From positions 31,251 through 95,250 of the forward strand of contig CADAHH010000002.1 in the NCBI GenBank assembly GCA_902787685.1: a DNA stretch of 64,000 bases. The letters are read 5' to 3'. The notes beneath the pieces were generated by a model, which saw only the letters and a list, made by a program, of their open reading frames with translations, was not told the DNA's origin and ran no database searches. How positions within the stretch are numbered: the first letter of the stretch is position 1; every line of letters begins with the position of its first letter. This DNA is from an uncultured Eubacteriales bacterium. Lineage in GTDB: Bacteria; Bacillota; Clostridia; TANB77; CAG-508. A program made the translations under genes and the position numbers. This document shows, piece by piece, positions 1-10,700 of the stretch.

Positions 1-401
1 AATAATAATATATTAATCAAATCACTTTTAATAGGATATATTAGGTTAATAAAAAAAGTAATAACAATTCCAAGAAAATATAATATATAATTAATACTTA
101 ATGATATACAAACTATTATAAAAGTATTTAATATTTCTCTTTTTTCTAATTTTGAACATATTATACTTTGGATTATTATCAAAATAAATATTGCAATAAA
201 GTAGCCCATTTTATATCTTATAAAAGTTATTAAAAGTGCATTAATAGCAACTATTATACTAATAAATATATTTCTAAAATCTTTATTTATTTTAACATTT
301 GTAATTTTAAAATAAATAATATATGTAAATAATTGTAAAAACATCATTTTTAATATTTCAATATTAATACCAATATTTGCTATGTTAATACTTAATTCCA
401 T
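1..401 (-). CDS. Polytopic membrane protein, N-terminal part (runs off window); possibly the sensor domain of a GHKL/AgrC-like histidine kinase
   Basis: Not in ORF track. Translated by hand: ATG at 401 with SD GAGG at 411-414, open to window edge (MELSINIANIGINIEILKMMFLQLFTYIIYFKITNVK...), several hydrophobic segments. The kinase assignment is inference only. Confidence 0.7.
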   Translation of the reverse strand, partial: MELSINIANIGINIEILKMMFLQLFTYIIYFKITNVKINKDFRNIFISIIVAINALLITFIRYKMGYFIAIFILIIIQSIICSKLEKREILNTFIIVCISLSINYILYFLGIVITFFINLIYPIKSDLINILL

Positions 402-422
402 ATTTTGTTACCTCACTATTAT

Positions 423-451
423 ATTATATATTAATCAAAAAAAATAAGCAA
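423..451 (-). promoter_or_regulatory. Putative sigma-A promoter for the membrane-protein gene
   Basis: TTGCTT (451-446), 17 nt, TATAAT (428-423); the -35 lies in the 3' arm of the upstream terminator. Confidence 0.55.
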
Positions 452-477
452 TATAAGAAGTAATCTTATATTGCTTA
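437..477 (-). terminator. Intrinsic terminator after the 15-aa peptide gene
   Basis: Perfect 14-bp stem (445-458 / 464-477), 5-nt loop, then a run of 8 T on the minus strand. Confidence 0.8.
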
Positions 478-490
478 AAAACACATAATA

Positions 491-538
491 TTATGCCCAT
501 TTTCCTAGCCACCATAAAAACCATTCATATAAGCTCAT
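491..538 (-). CDS. Trp-rich 15-aa micropeptide MSLYEWFLWWLGKWA
   Basis: ATG 538 to TAA 491; SD-like AAAGGTGGTGAG just upstream; own terminator downstream; 4 TGG codons in 15. Confidence 0.6.
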   Translation of the reverse strand: MSLYEWFLWWLGKWA

Positions 539-787
539 TTTTTCTCACCACCTTTCTTTAAGGCGTTCATCTCATTTTTGTTATTTACAAAATACCATGA
601 TTTTTTTTTAATCAATTCGTATTTAGAAATAGAAAAATTTGATGAAATATGAGAAAAAATAGTAAAAATAAAAAAACCGAAACCAAGATTTTGTACGCAT
701 TAAAAATGCTACAAAATCTAAATTCCGCCATATTTATATTCTAAGGAAACTCACCACTTACGTGGATGACTTTCCTAAGAATATAAA

Positions 788-819
788 AAAAGATAGTATG
801 ACTCCGTCAACTATCTTTT
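788..819. terminator. Probable terminator of the 837..1157 gene
   Basis: AAAAGATAGT...ACTATCTTTT inverted repeat with A/T tails on both sides. Confidence 0.6.
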
Positions 820-836
820 ATTCTATTTTTTTCAAT

Positions 837-1157
837 TTAATACTCCATTTCTGCTACTTGTAATGGTAACAATTCTTTTAAAACATCATCTAATCCAATT
901 GGTGTAACCTCGTTGTTTTTTAATATACTTAATATCTCATTTTGTTTAATTTCATCATCTGTAATATTTGTTACTTCTTTTGTTTCTATATTCACTTTTC
1001 CATCTATATATTCAGTTTTAACTATCTCTATTCCAAATGGTGTTGCAACATTTTCTTCTATTGATGTTTTGTAATACTCTAGTTTTATGGGGTATTGTAC
1101 ACCTGCTTCCTCTAATGCTTTATTTGATACAAATACTCCATCAAAAAATGTTTTCAC
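837..1157 (-). CDS. Small hypothetical protein, DUF6514-like
   Basis: 106-aa ORF with AAGGAAGG SD; C-terminal NEVTPIGLDDVL resembles clostridial DUF6514 proteins (from memory). Confidence 0.6.
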   Translation of the reverse strand: MKTFFDGVFVSNKALEEAGVQYPIKLEYYKTSIEENVATPFGIEIVKTEYIDGKVNIETKEVTNITDDEIKQNEILSILKNNEVTPIGLDDVLKELLPLQVAEMEY

Positions 1158-1453
1158 TTTACCTTCCTTCCCTCATTTTTTACAACCTAACATACTATAC
1201 ACTAAAATAGAAAATTTATCAAGTATTATTTTTATTTTTTATTTATTAATCTATTGATTTTTTTTCTCAAATAATGTATTATTTTGTCGAGGTGCAAAAA
1301 AAATGAAATCATTAATAACTAGAATTAATTTATTTTTCAAGAATATTTTAGCTTGTAATCTACAAGTTCTATTTTCAATTCTATTTCTATTGATTTTTAT
1401 ACTATTTTTATAGTATTTTTTTTTGCATAATTTTTTATAAGGAGGATTCTTCA

Positions 1454-2788
1454 ATGGAAGAAAAGAAATTGCTTTATGATGTTAACGAAAAGCCACCAAT
1501 TACGAAATGGATTATTTTAGCCTTACAACATGTATTTGCAATGTTTGGTGCAACTATTCTAGTGCCAATACTAGTTAATAACGGTATTGCTGCAGCAGGA
1601 GTAGAAGGAGAAGCTTTATCTATAGCAGTTGCATTAGTTACAGCAGGAATAGGTACATTAATCTATATTCTTTGTACTAAGGGAAAATCACCAGTATTTT
1701 TAGGAAGTTCATTTGCTTTTATTGCTCCAATAGTTGCAGCATATATAGCTGGATCAAGCGAAAATGGTGGCATTCAAGGTGGAATTGCCGGTGCGATGAC
1801 AGGTATTATGGTTATAGGAATTGTTTATGTTATAGTTTCTTTAATTATAAGATTTGCAGGTAAAAACTGGATAGACAAACTTTTACCACCAATTGTAATT
1901 GGTCCAATGATTATGATAATTGGTCTTAGTCTTTCAAGTAGTGCAGTTGGCAATATATTTGATAAAAGTATTCAAGTATCAGGTATAGAGTGGAAAGGTC
2001 CAATTGTAGCACTTATTACATTTTTAGTCACAGCTTTAACTATGACAAAAGCAAAAGGTTTCTTTAAAATAATACCATTTTTAATAGGTATTATTGTTGG
2101 TTATATAAGTGCATGCATATTTGGATTAGTGAATTTTGAGGCAGTAGCTCAATCTAGTTGGTTTCAAATACCTAACTTTCATGTACCTTTTATTAATTAT
2201 CATCCTAATTGGTTAATTGCTCTTACAATGGCACCAATTGCTTTAGTTACTATGGCTGAGCATATTGGAGATCACAAAGCTTTAAGTGTTATTCTTGATA
2301 GAGATTTATTAAAAGATCCTGGTTTGGATAAAACTCTTTTAGGTGATGGTATTGCAACGTTTGTTGCAGGTTTTCTTGGAGGTCCAGCAAACACAACTTA
2401 TGGAGAAAACACATCAGTTGTAGGTATGACAAAAGTAGCTTCTGTTTGGGTAATTGGATTGGCTGCCATATTAGCAATAGTATTAGGCTTTCTTGGAAAA
2501 TTTACAGCTCTTGTTCAAACAATACCTACTCCAGTTTTAGGAGGTGTATCTTTACTATTATATGGATTTATAGCAGTAAATGGTCTAAAAGTACTAATAC
2601 AAAACAAAACTGATTTTAGTAAAAACAAAAATATTATAGTTGCTTCTGCCATGTTAGTATTAGGTCTTGGAGGAGCTGCATTTTCTATTGCTACAGGAAA
2701 TAATTTAACTATAGAAATATCTGGAATGAGTTTAGCAGCTATAGCAGGTATCCTTTTAAATATATTATTACCTGAAGAGAAAGAATAA
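1454..2788 (+). CDS. uraA: Uracil/xanthine permease (NCS2 family)
   Basis: LQHVFAMFGATILVP, GSSFAF, EHIGD, TTYGEN motifs; SD AAGGAGG; adjacent to upp. Confidence 0.92.
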   Translation: MEEKKLLYDVNEKPPITKWIILALQHVFAMFGATILVPILVNNGIAAAGVEGEALSIAVALVTAGIGTLIYILCTKGKSPVFLGSSFAFIAPIVAAYIAGSSENGGIQGGIAGAMTGIMVIGIVYVIVSLIIRFAGKNWIDKLLPPIVIGPMIMIIGLSLSSSAVGNIFDKSIQVSGIEWKGPIVALITFLVTALTMTKAKGFFKIIPFLIGIIVGYISACIFGLVNFEAVAQSSWFQIPNFHVPFINYHPNWLIALTMAPIALVTMAEHIGDHKALSVILDRDLLKDPGLDKTLLGDGIATFVAGFLGGPANTTYGENTSVVGMTKVASVWVIGLAAILAIVLGFLGKFTALVQTIPTPVLGGVSLLLYGFIAVNGLKVLIQNKTDFSKNKNIIVASAMLVLGLGGAAFSIATGNNLTIEISGMSLAAIAGILLNILLPEEKE

Positions 2789-2853
2789 GCATTAAAATAA
2801 TTAATTATAAGTTCGAAATTGTAACAAAAATATTAAATAATTGAAAGGAGTAA

Positions 2854-3486
2854 TTGAATATGAATACAATAGTACTAGATAATCCTCTAATTCAACATAA
2901 ATTAGCAATTATCAGAGATAAAAAAACTGGAACAAAAGAATTTAGAGAAATAATTGGAGAACTAGCAACATTTTTATGCTATGAAGCTATGTCAGATGCT
3001 AAACTTGAAGAAGTTGAAATAGAAACTCCTATTTGTAAAACAAAGGTAAAAAAATTAAATGAAAATAAATATGCATTTGTTCCCATTTTAAGAGCTGGTA
3101 CGGGAATGCTTGATGGATTGCTTAAAGCTATTCCTAATGCAAAAATAGGTCATATAGGTTTATATAGAAACGAAGAAACTCATAATCCAGTACGCTATTA
3201 TTATAAAATGCCAAAAGATATTGCTTCTCGTGAAGTTATAGTATTAGATCCTATGCTTGCAACAGGAGGTTCTGCATGTGATACAATAACTATGCTAAAA
3301 GAAGATGGTGTTAAAAATATCAAATTTTTATGTATTATAGCTGCTCCTGAAGGAATTAAAAAAATAGAAGAAATTCATCCAGATGTAAAAATCTATACTA
3401 CAGCTGTAGATGAAAAATTAAATGAAAATGCTTATATTGTTCCTGGATTAGGTGATGCTGGTGACAGAATATTTGGAACCAAATAA
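2854..3486 (+). CDS. upp: Uracil phosphoribosyltransferase
   Basis: [17 protein letters not shown] and [17 protein letters not shown] signatures. Confidence 0.97.
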   Translation: MNMNTIVLDNPLIQHKLAIIRDKKTGTKEFREIIGELATFLCYEAMSDAKLEEVEIETPICKTKVKKLNENKYAFVPILRAGTGMLDGLLKAIPNAKIGHIGLYRNEETHNPVRYYYKMPKDIASREVIVLDPMLATGGSACDTITMLKEDGVKNIKFLCIIAAPEGIKKIEEIHPDVKIYTTAVDEKLNENAYIVPGLGDAGDRIFGTK

Positions 3487-3493
3487 TAAATTG

Positions 3494-3536
3494 AAAGATC
3501 CGCCAAATTATATTTAACTATAATTTAGCGGATTTT
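3494..3536. terminator. Bidirectional terminator between convergent upp and 3552..4310
   Basis: ATCCGC-C-AAATTATA...TATAATTT-A-GCGGAT stem. Confidence 0.7.
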
Positions 3537-3551
3537 ATCAATTATATTATC

Positions 3552-4310
3552 TTAATTTTCTATTCTTTTAAAAACTATTTTTTCTGAAAAATCATGTTCT
3601 TGTCCAACTTTTCCATTTGTTATCAAATCTGAATTTGGAATTGTTAGCTTAATGCCTTCTGCTTTAAATATTTTTCCAGAATCTAGTTTTATAGTTAAAT
3701 CAAAAAATATATTTGCATATAAATCTTCTTCATTAATATTTATTTTTTTTAATAATTCTCCATGATTTATTTCTGTGTCTTCATCAGATTTATATAAGCC
3801 TATATTATTATTAGCACATCTAAACTCAACAATTCCTCCTTGATTTGAAATTTCTAATTTCTTTGAGTTACTTGATTTTGCACCTATATATTCTAATGAG
3901 TCAAATACATTCTCTTCAATATTTTTATATAGTTGTTTTTCATCTTGGCTTTGTTTATAAAACTTTATTTCTCCAATATTAGATTTTTTTTCAGTCTTTA
4001 AATTATCTATTTTTACAGTAGATATTGTTTCTGTTTTATTATAATTATTATTCTTTTCAATATATAAATATATATCATTATTTTGATTTACTCTTAAATC
4101 CCATTTTGCTTGTGGATTCTCCACATCTTGTCCATCAACTGTTGAAATAACAGATATTTTATTTATTATAAATGGCATATTTACTTCACCATTTTCATCA
4201 TATTCTAAAATGAACATTAAAGCTGTGAATACAATTCCTATTATAATAATTGAAATAATACAAATATGAATTACTTTTTTACTTAATGCTTGTTTACTCA
4301 TTTTTATCAC
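3552..4310 (-). CDS. Hypothetical protein with one N-terminal transmembrane helix
   Basis: 252-aa ORF, hydrophobic residues ~14-35, overlaps the tadA stop. Confidence 0.75.
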   Translation of the reverse strand: MIKMSKQALSKKVIHICIISIIIIGIVFTALMFILEYDENGEVNMPFIINKISVISTVDGQDVENPQAKWDLRVNQNNDIYLYIEKNNNYNKTETISTVKIDNLKTEKKSNIGEIKFYKQSQDEKQLYKNIEENVFDSLEYIGAKSSNSKKLEISNQGGIVEFRCANNNIGLYKSDEDTEINHGELLKKININEEDLYANIFFDLTIKLDSGKIFKAEGIKLTIPNSDLITNGKVGQEHDFSEKIVFKRIEN

Positions 4311-4779
4311 TTCTTTCTTCTAGTTTTTTTGCTCTCAATTCCTTAAAGAAATCTTGTAATAAATTTTGACATTCTTGTTCTAATATTGATTTTTCAAAAT
4401 CAACATTATGGTTGAATTTGAAATCTTTAAATAGATTTAATTTAGAGCCCACTGCTCCTGTTTTTTCATCAGATACTCCAAAATAAACCTTTTTTATTCT
4501 TGATTGAATTATAGCTCCTGCGCACATAGGGCAAGGCTCTAAAGTAACATACATTTCGCAATCAATTAATCTCCAAGATTTTAATTTTTTGCTTGCTTTT
4601 TGGATTGCTAAAATCTCTGCATGTTTTGTAGTATCATATTTAGTTTCTTTTTGATTATATGCACTTGCAATTATCTTTCCATCTTTAACAATTACAGCTC
4701 CAACTGGAACTTCAAGTTTATTATATGCTTTTTTTGCCTGTTCTAATGCCTTTTTCATATATTTTTCTTTAATACTCAT
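4294..4779 (-). CDS. tadA: tRNA adenosine(34) deaminase
   Basis: EVPVGAVIV, HAEI and LEPCPMCAGA zinc-deaminase motifs. Confidence 0.93.
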   Translation of the reverse strand: MSIKEKYMKKALEQAKKAYNKLEVPVGAVIVKDGKIIASAYNQKETKYDTTKHAEILAIQKASKKLKSWRLIDCEMYVTLEPCPMCAGAIIQSRIKKVYFGVSDEKTGAVGSKLNLFKDFKFNHNVDFEKSILEQECQNLLQDFFKELRAKKLEERSDKNE

Positions 4780-4855
4780 TCTAACCTCAATTATATATAT
4801 ACTATATTTCTCTCATCTTGAGAATGATTATACAATTTTTTTTTATAAATTTCAA

Positions 4856-4878
4856 GTAGGGGCGATTTTAATCGCCCG
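4856..4878 (+). repeat. GTAG-type REP-like palindrome, single copy
   Basis: GTAGGGGCGATTTTAATCGCCCG, identical to four other copies in the window. Confidence 0.85.
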
Positions 4879-4891
4879 CATTATATACAGA

Positions 4892-6034
4892 TCACATATT
4901 TCTTAATTTTTTTACTGCAGTCTCTAAATTCTTAACTAAATAATCCACCTCTTCTTTAGTGTTAAATTCTCCAAAAGTCACTCTTAAAGCACTTTTAGCT
5001 TCTTTTTCATCTAAACCTATTGCAGACAAAACATGAGATGGCTTTGTTTCTTTTGAATTACATGCAGAACCACTTGATGCACAAATTCCAACATTATCTA
5101 GCTCATATAAAAGATTACTCCCATTTACTCCTTCAAAAGAAATATTACTATTTCCAGGAAGTCTTGCATTTATAGCACCATTAATCTTAATATTACTAAT
5201 CCTTTTTTTAACTTGTTCTATATAATAATCTCTTAATCCTTTTAACTGCTTTATATGATTATCAATATTTTCATTTGCAAGTTTTGATGCTTTTCCTAAC
5301 CCAACTATTCCTGCTGTATTTTCAGTTCCAGCCCTTCTATTTTTTTCTTGATGACCACCATTCATAAATTTCTCAAAATCAATACCTTGTCTTACATAAA
5401 GAGCACCTATTCCTTTTGGTCCATATATCTTATGTCCTGAAAGTGAAAGCATATCTATTCCCATTGATTTAACATCAATTTTAACATTCCCCACAGCTTG
5501 AACCGCATCTGTATGAAATATTATGTTTTTTTCTTTCGCAATTTGTGCAATATCTTCTATTGGCTCAATTGTACCAATTTCATTATTTGCAAACATTATG
5601 CTTATAAGAATTGTTTTATCTGTTATTACATTTTTTAATTCTTTTAAATCTATGAATCCATTTTTATCTACATTTAAATATGTTATATCAAAACCTTGTT
5701 TTTCTAAAAAATTGCAACTTTCTAAAACCGCATGATGTTCTATTTTAGTAGTAATTATATGATTCCCTTTTAATTTGTTTTTAAATGCTATTCCTTTTAT
5801 TGCAGTATTATCTGCCTCAGAACCTGATGAAGTAAAAATTATTTCATTTTTGTTTGCTCCTATTAAACTTGCAACTTTTTCTCTTGAGTTTTCAATTGCC
5901 TTTTTAGCTTCTCTTGCAATAGCATATACAGCTGATGGATTACCATAGTTTTCATCGAAAAATGGTATCATCTCATCTAATACTTCTTGTTTAACTTTTG
6001 TAGTTGCTGCATTATCAAAATAATATATATCCAT
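4892..6034 (-). CDS. iscS: Cysteine desulfurase (IscS/NifS family)
   Basis: YFDNAATT, HTDAVQ, SGHKIYGPKG (PLP Lys) and SSGSAC (catalytic Cys). Confidence 0.92.
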   Translation of the reverse strand: MDIYYFDNAATTKVKQEVLDEMIPFFDENYGNPSAVYAIAREAKKAIENSREKVASLIGANKNEIIFTSSGSEADNTAIKGIAFKNKLKGNHIITTKIEHHAVLESCNFLEKQGFDITYLNVDKNGFIDLKELKNVITDKTILISIMFANNEIGTIEPIEDIAQIAKEKNIIFHTDAVQAVGNVKIDVKSMGIDMLSLSGHKIYGPKGIGALYVRQGIDFEKFMNGGHQEKNRRAGTENTAGIVGLGKASKLANENIDNHIKQLKGLRDYYIEQVKKRISNIKINGAINARLPGNSNISFEGVNGSNLLYELDNVGICASSGSACNSKETKPSHVLSAIGLDEKEAKSALRVTFGEFNTKEEVDYLVKNLETAVKKLRNM

Positions 6035-6037
6035 GAT

Positions 6038-6078
6038 AAAACTCCTTTAATGAATATTATATTCACTAAAGGAGTTTT
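6038..6078 (-). terminator. Hairpin between the WG-repeat gene and iscS that contains the iscS SD
   Basis: AAAACTCCTTTA...TAAAGGAGTTTT perfect 12-bp arms plus a 5-bp inner stem. Confidence 0.6.
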
Positions 6079-6081
6079 TTG

Positions 6082-7605
6082 TTATTCTTCCACATAATAT
6101 ATATCTTCTAAAGTAAAAATTTCTTTTTTAAAGTCTTTTATTTGATCAGGATAATTCTCTTTTTTCAAATTAGAAATATCATTAATTATATTTCCTTGAT
6201 TATCCAAATAGGTTTTATTTGTTTCATTTGAAATAATAACATAATCATCTTGTATAGATATATTTGGTTTTTCAAGTTCTAATACTTTGTCCATTGTTTC
6301 TGAATAAAATTCAGAAACCCCGTTATCATCTATTGTTTGAATAATATTTTTTTCTTTTATTTTTTGAATAGAAGAATATTTCATATCCAAAATAGTTTTT
6401 CCATTACTATTAATAATTCCAATCTTACCTTCATCATCAATTGCCGTAAAATAGTTTTTATATAAATATTCTAAATATCTGTATTTATCTTCAACTAATT
6501 TATTTCCATTTTTATCTAAGATTCCGTAATAAGTAATATTATTGTTTAATATTGTTGATATTTTGTAATCATCACTTTGAGTATTATATACACTTGAATT
6601 GAAATTAATATCTATTATATTTGCATTTGAATCATATACCTTATTAGTACCTGAATTTGTTGTATAAAAATAGATTCCTCTAGAAGATATCTCATCACAA
6701 TTAACATCTACAAGAATTTTTCCATCTAAAGATGCAACTCCATATTTTTTATTTTTTTGTAACATTAATAAATTAACATTATCATCATAGATTATTTCCT
6801 GATAATCATTGTCTAATATTTTTTTTGATTTATTATAAAATCCATATTTTCCATTATTTGAAGCTATTAAATATAATTTATTGTCATCTATTAATTGTAT
6901 TCTTTCTATATCATTATATTTAATATCTAATATTTTCTTTCCATTGTAGCTAATATATCCGTATTTATATCCATCATCTGTTTTGTTTATTATAATAAAG
7001 CCAGATTTTATATATCCATTATCCTTACTATAATATTCATCAGAATTGCATTGGTCATATTTTGTATCTACTAATTTATTTCCATTAAGATCAATAACAC
7101 CATATTTATTATTTTGTGATACCAAAAATTTACCTTCTGTAGGTTGAAGATTTTCCAAAGAGTCATAAACGTTCTTTGTTATAATTTTTCCATCAAAACC
7201 TATTAGACCATATTTTCCTTCTTTTTTGTATTTTAATACACTTTTTTCATAAGATAATGTATTTGCAACATTTTTTAATTTAATTGGCTCTACTGAATCA
7301 AATTTATCTAGTATTATTTCATTTTTTGAATTAATTATATTAACTTTTTCACCTTTATAACACGCAAATAAATCTATACTTGGATTTGGAATAATAATTT
7401 TATCAAAACTTGCTTCTAAAATTATCTCTCCATTTTCATCTATAACTCCATATAGATTATTGTCTTTGAATATATAATACTTAAAATTTGATATTTCTTC
7501 AATTTTAATCTCATATTTTTTTTCTAAATTGTTTTTAATAGCAAAAGCTCCTACAATTAAAATAATAATTACAATAAAAAAAGCACAAAATCTTTTCATA
7601 AACAT
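6082..7605 (-). CDS. WG-repeat-containing exported/membrane-anchored protein
   Basis: N-terminal hydrophobic helix; recurring KYG(V/L/F)ID/IN..G..I...Y repeats. Confidence 0.8.
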   Translation of the reverse strand: MFMKRFCAFFIVIIILIVGAFAIKNNLEKKYEIKIEEISNFKYYIFKDNNLYGVIDENGEIILEASFDKIIIPNPSIDLFACYKGEKVNIINSKNEIILDKFDSVEPIKLKNVANTLSYEKSVLKYKKEGKYGLIGFDGKIITKNVYDSLENLQPTEGKFLVSQNNKYGVIDLNGNKLVDTKYDQCNSDEYYSKDNGYIKSGFIIINKTDDGYKYGYISYNGKKILDIKYNDIERIQLIDDNKLYLIASNNGKYGFYNKSKKILDNDYQEIIYDDNVNLLMLQKNKKYGVASLDGKILVDVNCDEISSRGIYFYTTNSGTNKVYDSNANIIDINFNSSVYNTQSDDYKISTILNNNITYYGILDKNGNKLVEDKYRYLEYLYKNYFTAIDDEGKIGIINSNGKTILDMKYSSIQKIKEKNIIQTIDDNGVSEFYSETMDKVLELEKPNISIQDDYVIISNETNKTYLDNQGNIINDISNLKKENYPDQIKDFKKEIFTLEDIYYVEE

Positions 7606-7680
7606 ACCTCAATTTTTTTATTTTCTTTATTACTATACAACAAAAAAAAATATAATTCAAGTAGAATTTTAAAAATGGTA

Positions 7681-7721
7681 AGAAATAAGAGGTTGGAATC
7701 ACACTTCCTACCTCTTACCTT
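7681..7721. repeat. Degenerate heptamer array (hairpin arrangement)
   Basis: agaaata agaggtt ggaatca, then complementary cacttc ctacctc ttacctt. Confidence 0.55.
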
Positions 7722-7747
7722 AATTAACAATAAATCCAAGTAAAGAA

Positions 7748-10700
7748 TTATTTATTTTTAATTACAAATTTTTTTATTAGAATTACTCCACATGCTACTA
7801 TTATTAATGCCGCTCCTGAAATACAATAAATCATTAAATTCTTATTTTCCCCTGTTGAAGTATAAATTGATACTGTTGCATTAGCTGTATCTGCTTCTTG
7901 TGTATCTTTGTTACCAACAATATAACTTCCTGAACGACATTCATATTGTGGTGTTAGAGTAATATTACTTATTCCAATAATTTCTGAGTAACTTTCCCAA
8001 CCAAGTATTCCATCAGAATTTGATAATAAATTATTTACAGTAAATTCATATTCCTCTGTACTAGATCTTTCTCTATCATAACACTCTGGTAACAAACCTA
8101 CATCTGGCATGAATATTTCTTGTTTATAATTTTTATTTGCATTTATAACTTCTTCACTAAAATAGTCCGTTTTTTCTCCTCTATAGAAAATTACATTTTC
8201 ACTTTGATTATCATAAGAAGCATTTTGATTATTAATATAATCTACTATTTTTGTAACTTTTGTTTCTATAGGTTCTAGTGGATTTCCGCTATCATCAGTG
8301 TTAATTCCATATTTATAATATTTTTCAGAAGCATAATCTAATTCTGATTCATTATGAGCTGAAAGCGTATAAGTTACAATAACATTAGAGCCATAAATAT
8401 ATGTAGGATCTAACTCAAGTTTTGAATTACTATCATTTATTCGTGCAACATTTGGTGAAACTGTTTCATCATTTGGATTTCCGTTTATAATTGTTGTACC
8501 ATTTTGTAATGTTAATTTTATATTCTTTATTTTCTTTCTTAATGTAATATTAACACGTGGTCTTTCAATAATACCAAAACTCATACCTGAACAATTTGTT
8601 CTCAAAGGATTTGCTACATTAGGATCATTAAGTAAATTTGAATTTATTTCATCTTCAGGTATATATTCAAAATGAACATCCATATTTGGACTATTTGCAC
8701 TAATAATTGCATTATTATTATTTGTCGAATATATGTAATTTAATTCTACGTTTTTATTATTTTCATCAAATCTTGATTTAATATCCTTTGTAATATTATT
8801 TATTGTTATATCTACATCTGATGCAATAGAATTGTTTTTATCTATTTCATCTAAAAACCATGTTTTTTCATTACTTGAATTAGCATTAACTACTTCACCT
8901 GTCATAATAGTTGATTTATATTGACTTGTATTTATGCTATTATCATGTCCTTTGATTTTAGTTCCGATAGTTATTATATTGTTATTCAAATCTTTATATT
9001 TAGTTTCTCCATTACCATAAGTAAATTTTAAATAATATCTTCCTGGAACAACATCAGGTATTGTATACTCTCCATTTTCATTAGCTTTAACTATTGCATC
9101 TTTAACCACTGCTGACCAAATACCATTTTTTTGTTCTATTTTTCCTGTATATGCTTTTGCAATACTTGGATTATCTTCAGCTGAATTTGCATCCATTAAG
9201 CTTACTATCACATCTGAAATAGTATTTTCTGCATCATCTTTTGTACCATTACCAATTCTTTCATTTGCACGTTCATCAGTTTTTAAGTCTTCAAATACTG
9301 TTCCAGAAATTGTTCTAGTATCAGCTAATTGCCAAATGATTCCTAATGCTCCACTAGTTCTATCATAGTCAATTGTTCTATGATCATACTGTTTATTATC
9401 TTTCCAATTTTTGTCATATCTTGTATACCAATGATATCCATTTGCTTTTGCAAAACATGGAGAATTTTCATATATTTTATCTTTTTCTTCTTGGCTTAAA
9501 TGTGCAATGTCTCCTAAAAATTGATCTGTAACTTTGAATTGAATATATGTACTTTCGGTTTCTCCTTTGTATAAGCCTGTTTCAAATTTCTTTCCTGAAC
9601 CATCAATTTTATAAGTTGCTATATTACCATTTGAATTCCATTTTGCAATTTCACTTGCACGGTCGTTATCATCTATATCGTCTTTGTTTAGTTCATATCT
9701 ATAACTATCAAATGTTTCTGTAAGTGATGTTAATTGTAATGATGTTTCTTTATATAAATTTGGAATATCATGAGTAGTATCATTTTGTACACTTATTTTA
9801 TATACAACATAAACTTTAAATTTATCTGCATCTTGTCTGCCTTCTACAAAATTGTATTTTATATCAGATGGATATAATTTTTGAGTAAATGTTCTAGCAG
9901 AATTTTGATATGCAACTGTTGATTGTGTAGCTTTTGTACCATCTTGCATATTTATTACAAAATCATCTCCGCATTTTATATTTAAATGTATAATTGCCTC
10001 TTTTGATTATTACATATTCTATTTGTTGTCCCACATTAAATGATGGTTCTATTTTTTTAATTAATCCAAGATTGATATTTTCTATTGTATAAGTGTCTGA
10101 ATTATAATAACTTGTAAGTAATCTTTGATTCTGTGATGCATTTTGATTGTTCTTTATTGTATCCAAATTTATTTCAGAAATATTAGCTTGATAAGTAATA
10201 GCTTTTCCTGGATAAGCACCATTTGTATCTAATCCTGTTAAGTTTTCATCATATAATTCACCCATATTATTTTGTCCACCAGTTGAAATTATTTCTTTTT
10301 CTTGTGCCTTAGAATTAATTTCTACATTTTCTCCTTCAAATGGAGCTACAGTAATAAATTCTTTATTATCATAAACAAATTCCACATAATAATATGCAAG
10401 TTCCCAATATGTAAACTTTTCACCATTTGCTTTAGTCTTAAATTCATATTCTCCATTTTCATTTGTAGTTGTAGTTGCGATTAATTCATTTTTTTCATCT
10501 TTATTTGAATATAGATTTACAGTTATAGGTGTATCTAATAGTTTATCATTATTATCTTTATCATATATATTGTTTATATTATTTACTTTTCCATCTGGAT
10601 TATCTATCCAAACTTTACCTTTTATACCACCAGAAATATATCTAAAGTTATCTGCCATATATTTTACATCATAGTTGTCATCATTAATTTTTTGATTTCC

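Noticed and set aside
1200-1453. PyrR attenuator expected upstream of uraA-upp; ORF 1251..1454
   Set aside because: No PyrR binding-loop consensus or terminator/antiterminator set seen; the ORF is a low-complexity antisense ORF over the promoter region.
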